From: Eledone cirrhosa
Taxonomy: Eukaryota
Reading direction: 5' to 3'
NCBI GenBank assembly: GCA_964016885.1
Contig: OZ024763.1
Coordinates: 12,152,001-12,216,000, forward strand
Length of the DNA: 64,000 bases
The notes below the pieces were generated by a model. The model was given only the letters and a program-made list of their open reading frames with translations, ran no database searches and was not told the DNA's origin. The position numbers and the translations under genes were made by a program. Below are positions 57,986-64,000 of this stretch, piece after piece; the stretch's first letter is position 1, and each line of letters starts with the position of its first letter.

Positions 57986-58741
57986 ACACACACACACACA
58001 CCATTCAACTACATATCAATTATAAACTAACTTAATAACAACACTTGTAATCTGATCTCTCCTCTCTCTCTCTCGCCCCCTCTCTCTCCCTCGCTCTCTC
58101 TCTCTCGCCCCCTCTCTCTCCCTCGCTCTCTCTCTCTCGCCCCCTCTCTCTCCCTCGCTCTCTCTCTCTTGCCCCCTCTCTCTCCCTCGCTCTCTCTCTC
58201 TCTCGCCCCCTCTCTCTCCCTCGCTCTCTCTCTCTCGCCCCCTCTCTCTCCCTCGCTCTCTCTCTCGCCCCCTCTCTCTCCCTCTCTCCCTCGCTCTCTC
58301 TCTCTCGCCCCCTCTCTCTCGTCCTCCCCCTCTCTCTCTCCCTCTCCCCCCTCTCTCTTTCTCGCGCCCCCTCTCTCCCTCTCGCTCCCTCCCTCGCTCT
58401 CTCTCCCTCGCTCTCTCTCCCCATCCCCTTCTCCACCCCCGTCTCCGTCCTCTCTCTCTCTTGTTATCAACACACCAGTAGATGTGTTTAAACTGGCCAG
58501 ATATGTGTAGTGTATTAAGAAGTGTGTAGTATGGTCTGATTGGTGTCTAAAGTACACTTAAGATGTATAATGTACTCAAATGTGTGTAGTATATTCAGAT
58601 ATATAATTAGTTTCCTTGGTACACTGTATGTGTGTAGACCTGTGTCTCCCAAAGTGGGGTGTGTACAAAAACCTCTTTTCCTTCATATCAATAAATCATC
58701 ATCATCACTGTTTTATGTGGATTTTGCAATTCCTCCACAAA

Positions 58742-59550
58742 ACCTTACACTGCCAGTGTTTGACATAATACCTTACACTGCCAGTGTTTGACATAATACC
58801 TTACACTGCCAGCGTTTGACATAACACCTTACACTGTCAGTGTTTGACAACACCTTACACTGTCAGTGTTTGACATAACACCTTACACTGCCAGTGTTTG
58901 ACATAACACCTTACACTGCCAGTGTTTGACATAACACCTTACACTGCCAGTGTTTGACATAATGCCTTACACTGCCACAATACCTTACACTGCCAGTGTT
59001 TGACATAACACCTTACACTGCCAGTGTTTGACATAACACCTTACACTGCCAGTGTTTGACATAATGCCTTACACTGCCACAATACCTTACACTGCCAGTG
59101 TTTGACATAATGCCTTACACTGCCACAATACCTTACACTGTCAGTGTTTGACATAACACCTTACACACTCAGTGTTTGACACAATACCTTACACGGTCAT
59201 GATTGACATACCTTACACTGTCAGTGTTTGACACAATACCTTACACTGGCAGTGTTTGACACTGTCATGATTGACATACCTTACACTGCCAGTGTTTGAC
59301 ACTGTCATGATTGACATACCTTACACTGTCAGTGTTTGACACAATACCTTACACTGGCAGTGTTTGACACTGTCATGATTGACATACCTTACACTGCCAG
59401 TGTTTGACACTGTCATGATTGACATACCTTACACTGTCAGTGTTTGACACAATACCTTAGACTGCCAGTGTTTGACACAATACATTACACTGTCAGGTTG
59501 TTTGACATACCTGACACTGTCAATATGTGAGTCTGTCAGTGTTTGACATT
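58742..59550 (+). repeat. 28-bp minisatellite (ccttacactgccagtgtttgacataaca) with internal palindrome acactg-c-cagtgt
   Basis: Visible periodicity, decaying towards the 3' end. Confidence 0.9.
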
Positions 59551-59989
59551 AGTGGAGCAATACCAGTACTTTCGAGGGAGGGGAATCGATTAAATTGACC
59601 CCATGAGTATGAAAGGCAAAGCTAACCTCAGCAAGATTTGAACTCAGAACATAAAGGGCCATAACTCTGTGCCATAAAGCTGTATCGATACTGCCAATCT
59701 ACAGCAATAATAATATAATTGTTTCTACTTTTGGCACAAGGCCAGCAATTACCCCAGTACATTACTGGTACTTTATTTTATCGACCCCCGTAAGGATGAA
59801 AGGCAAAGTCAACCTCGGCGGGATTTGAACTCAGACCGCATAATATAATAATGGCTTGCTAATCAAATAAATGTCATAGAAGAGAGAGGGGTAGACAGAG
59901 GGGAAGAGGGTGAATGTGTTAGAGAGAGAGGGGGAGTGTGGCAATTATTGGCTGTAAGGGAGAGAGAGGAAGAAAGAGACATTTATAGA

Positions 59990-60560
59990 GAGGAAGAGTG
60001 AGACAGTGTTAGAGAGAGGAGAGCGGAAGAGAGAGAGACAGTTTTAGAGAGGAAGAGTGAGACAGTGTTAGAGAGCGAGAGAGAGGAAGAGTGAGACAGT
60101 GTTAGAGAGAGGAGAGCGGAAGAGAGAGAGACAGTTTTAGAGAGGAAGAGTGAGACAGTGTTAGAGAGCGAGAGAGAGGAAGAGTGAGACAGTGTTAGAG
60201 AGAGGAGAGCGGAAGAGAGAGAGACAGTTTTAGAGAGGAAGAGTGAGACAGTGTTAGAGAGCGAGAGAGAGGAAGAGTGAGACAGTGTTAGAGAGCGAGA
60301 GAGAGACAGTTTTAGAGAGGAAGAGTGAGACAGTGTTAGAGAGCAAGAGAGAGGAAGAGAGAGAGACAGTTTTAGAGAGGAAGAGTGAGACAGTGTTAGA
60401 GAGCAAGAGAGAGGAAGAGAGAGAGACAGTTTTAGAGAGGAAGAGTGAGACAGTGTTAGAGAGCAAGAGAGAGGAAGAGAGAGAGACAGTTTTAGAGAGG
60501 AAGAGTGAGACAGTGTTAGAGAGCAAGAGAGAGGAAGAGAGAGAGACAGTTTTAGAGAGA
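59990..60560 (+). repeat. GA-rich 60-90 bp tandem repeat
   Basis: gagacagttttagagaggaagagtgagacagtgttagagag units. Confidence 0.9.
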
Positions 60561-61478
60561 GGAAGAGAGGGAAAGAAAGAGATAGTGTTAGAGAAAGAGG
60601 GAGGGACAGTGATAGACAAAGAGAGGAAGAGAGAGGGAGTGTGGAATTATTGACTGTATGAGTCATAAATCTGGTATGTTTTGCTTGTTTTAAAAGATTC
60701 TCTACAAGATTTCTCGGAAAGGTAATGCGGGAGGGGAAGGGTTGTGTGTTTCTTTCCTTCCTTCCTTCCAACAACAACTGGAACAACTACTACTACAACA
60801 ACAACTGCTACAACTACATCAACAACTACTGCTTCTACTACAACTACTACTGCTATCATCATCATCATCATTGTTTAACGTCCATATTCCACGCTTGCAT
60901 CGGTTTGGACGGGAGTTTTCCCACTTGAGGCAAGAGTGGTTGTCTTGCTCGCATAGGACTGTCTGGCGGGTTTTCTACAGTTGGATGCCCTTCCTAACAC
61001 CAACCACATTTACTGTGTGGGACTGGGAGGTTTTTACCGTGTTGCCTACATGGCCACATTACAGCGTGAACTGTGTGTTTTTTTTATCATGACACCTACA
61101 CGATCTCATATGTTTCGGCCTGGATGTTGTGGCACCAACATAACTTTACATTGAAAGGGGCGGTGTGGATGGGGTGGGGGTGGTGGGACGGGGATGTCAA
61201 CTATAATTACAACTACAGCACATACATGACATAAGAGGCAACTAAAATGGTTGGCATTAGGACAGGCATCTGGCTGTACAACACTGCCTGAAAACTTCCG
61301 GTCTAACCCATGCTAACATGGAATAGAGGACGTAAAAATGATAATGATATGCACTACACACAGTGCATATATACATATATACATATATATATATATATGT
61401 ATACGTCCGTTCTAGCGTGATGATGATGATGATGATGCATATATATATATTTATATTTATGTGCGTGTGTGTGTGAGT

Positions 61479-61730
61479 GTGAAGGCGCATAGCTTAGTGG
61501 TTAGAGCATTAGGCTTGCAATCGAAAGGTTGTGAGTTCAATTCTCGGACCGGGTGATGTGTTGGTTCCTTGAGCAAGACACTTCATTTCAAGTTTCTCCA
61601 GTTTAGTCAGCTGAAAATGAGTACCAGCAATAGCTGTCCAGGGGGGAGTCTTGTACTCTCAGTCCCTTCACGCCATGAAACCGGGATAAACACCAGCTAA
61701 ATGGTCTTCTGGCTCAAGACAGACTTTAGA
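61479..61730 (+). mobile_element. SINE with the SINE-1 tRNA head and central domain but a different 3' tail
   Basis: gaaggcgcatagcttagtggttagagc...gagttcaattc...ccttgagcaagacac, then an unrelated tail. Confidence 0.75.
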
Positions 61731-61754
61731 CTTAGTGTGTGTGAGTATATATAT

Positions 61755-62285
61755 CATCATCATCATCATCATCATTTTACATCCGCTCTTCCCTGCTTGC
61801 AAGGGTGGGACGGGTCCTATTCAGCACAGCATCTCTCCACTCGTCACGGTCCCTCGTCATCTCCACCGTGAGCTTCAATGATCTGAGGTCTGTTCTCACC
61901 ACCTCCGCCCATGTCTTTCGTGGTCTACCTCTACCACGTCTTCCTTCAACTGGCATGTCCTGGCACTTCTTCACCCATCGGTCATCCTCCATGCGCATCA
62001 CATGTCCATACCACCTCAGTCTCCTCTCCCGTACACTACATTCTATCCCTCTCAGACACAGTTTCTCTCTCAACACATTTATGCTGGGTCGTTCACGCAC
62101 ATTTACACTGCACATCCAACGGAGCATGCTTGCTTCATTTCTCTCCAGCCATCGCATATCCTCTGCAGTTGCTGCCCATGTCACACTACCATGCAGCATT
62201 GCGCTCCTCACACAGGCATCATACAACCGGCCTTTCGTACGCAGGGAGAAACCCTTCTTCGTCAGCAGAGGAACCAGTAGATACT
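61755..62285 (-). mobile_element. 5'-truncated RTE-clade LINE (ORF2 C-terminus, intact frame) with (GAT)n tail
   Basis: KGRLYDACVRSAMLHGS.TW...LERNEASMLRWMC...RERRLRWYGHVMRMEDDRWVKK...RGRGRPRKTW. Confidence 0.9.
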
Positions 62286-62518
62286 CATACATATAGCAGT
62301 TACATACTCACACATACAAATGTACAGCCCAGACACAACCTTAAGATTATGTGAATGCACATTTTGCAAATTAGACAGGCCATTTCAGTAAAGTTCTAGC
62401 TTGTGTTTGAAAAAAATAACTAATGTTATTGATTCTCTTCAGTGGCAGAAGTGTATGATTATATTTGCTGTCTATTGAAATATTGTCGTATTGGGAATAT
62501 CTCTCATAGTTTTCTGTG

Positions 62519-62914
62519 CACACGGCTTAGTGGTTAGAGCATTGGCCTTGCAATCGAAAGGTTGTGAGTTCAATTCTCAGACCGGGTGATGTTGTTTCTT
62601 TGAGCAAGACACTTTATTTCACATTGCTCCAGTTTACTCAGCTGTAGAAATGAGATGATAGAGACTGGGGTCCCTATCATTCCACTGCAAAGTGGTCGTG
62701 GAGGTGCCATGGCAAAAAAGCACCCAGCACTCACTGTAAAGTGGACTTGTATACGCCACGGAAAAACAGCACCCAGCACTCACTGTAAATGAGGTTGGTG
62801 TTAGGAAGGGCATCCAGCTGTAGAAATCAAGCCAGAATCAGTTCCCGTCCCACCCTTGCAAGCAGGGAAAAGCGGACGTAAAATGGTGATGATGATGAAA
62901 TGAATGATGATGAT
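62519..62914 (+). mobile_element. SINE-1 copy with two internal ~48-bp units
   Basis: A/B boxes, duplicated aaagcacccagcactcactgtaaa, RTE tail. Confidence 0.9.
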
Positions 62915-63232
62915 ATAGTTAAAACAAAAAACAACAATAATGAAGAGTGCAGTACAAAGTGTTAGTATTAGGTTCACGCTTGAGTGAGGGGTGGGTGTAA
63001 TAATAGTCCACAGAGCTTTTGATTCCAGATCGATCCAGATTGGACCTTGACCTGATCAACTGATCAATAGCGAAACACACGTCACCACTCAATAAACGTA
63101 ATGAAGACATAACAAATCATCCTTTTTATTATTATTATTACACTCTGCTTAGTACTACACCTCTATACTTACTGGAAACCACGGATTGAGTGGTCACTCT
63201 GGTGAACCTACAATGACTGGACATTACAATCC

Positions 63233-63293
<61 letters not shown>

Positions 63294-64000
63294 ACCCATG
63301 CTAGCGTGGAAAATGGACGTTAAACGAAGAAGATGATGAGATGATGAAAGTAACCGTTGAATGCTTCAGTATAACATTAATTTATTGCATAACGAGGTTG
63401 ACTTTGCCTTTCATCCTTACGGGGTCGATAAAATAAAGTACCAGTAATACACTGGGTATTTGCTGGCCTTGTGCCTAAAGTAGAAACAATTAATTTATTG
63501 CATAACGATTGTTTCTGTAACAATCCTGCTTGCAGCTGTGGTATTATGCAATGGTTTATACGCAAGGAATTGCCTAGAAAATGATAGCATATATACTGAA
63601 CTGAATTCAGAATCAATATGCCAGTCTGTTGGTGTTTGGAACATAACTTAACAAAGGTTCTTACTTAGAATTATGATGGGAGGTTTTTAGATAAATGTGA
63701 TTTGGTATGAAAAGGATTAGAATACATAATACTGTTGCATGGTTGTTGGTTTTTTGAAGTATGTGATGATGATGATGGTATTGGGGGTGATGGTGGTATT
63801 GGGGGTGATGGTGGTGTTTGTAATAATGATGGTGGTGGTGATAATGTTGATGATGGTGATGTTGGTGTTGATGTTAGTGTTTGTGATGATGATGATGGTG
63901 GTGATAATGTTGATGATGGTGATGAGTATGGTAATGATAATGAAAATAATGATGATAATGATGAGGATGATGGTAATGATGATGGTGATGGTGGTGATGA

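Overview
This is AT-rich, microsatellite-saturated eukaryotic non-coding DNA. The tRNA-derived SINEs with RTE tails, RTE LINE fragments, MITEs and huge (TA)n/(CA)n tracts look like an octopod/cephalopod genome (inference). Almost all ORFs in the track are repeat artefacts. The only recognisable protein remnants are C-terminal fragments of RTE-clade LINE ORF2, and one plausible host exon lies on the minus strand (52315-52393). The main hidden signal is a dense population of short, non-coding, (TA)n-embedded elements from several unrelated sequence families that carry type I hammerhead ribozymes (HHRs). About ten have complete cores, and there are further degenerate or half copies. These resemble Penelope-like pLTR remnants or retrozymes. 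Several HHRs are atypical: U3-A8 compensated cores, a recurrent CAGA core, U.U at 10.1/11.1, and long or branched helix II insertions. Many elements are fold-back palindromes, and most families share a second, covarying bulged hairpin (ACUC...NN-GAGU) near the ribozyme. Two tandem arrays visibly arose inside a SINE and a MITE. All structures were read by eye and none was computed.
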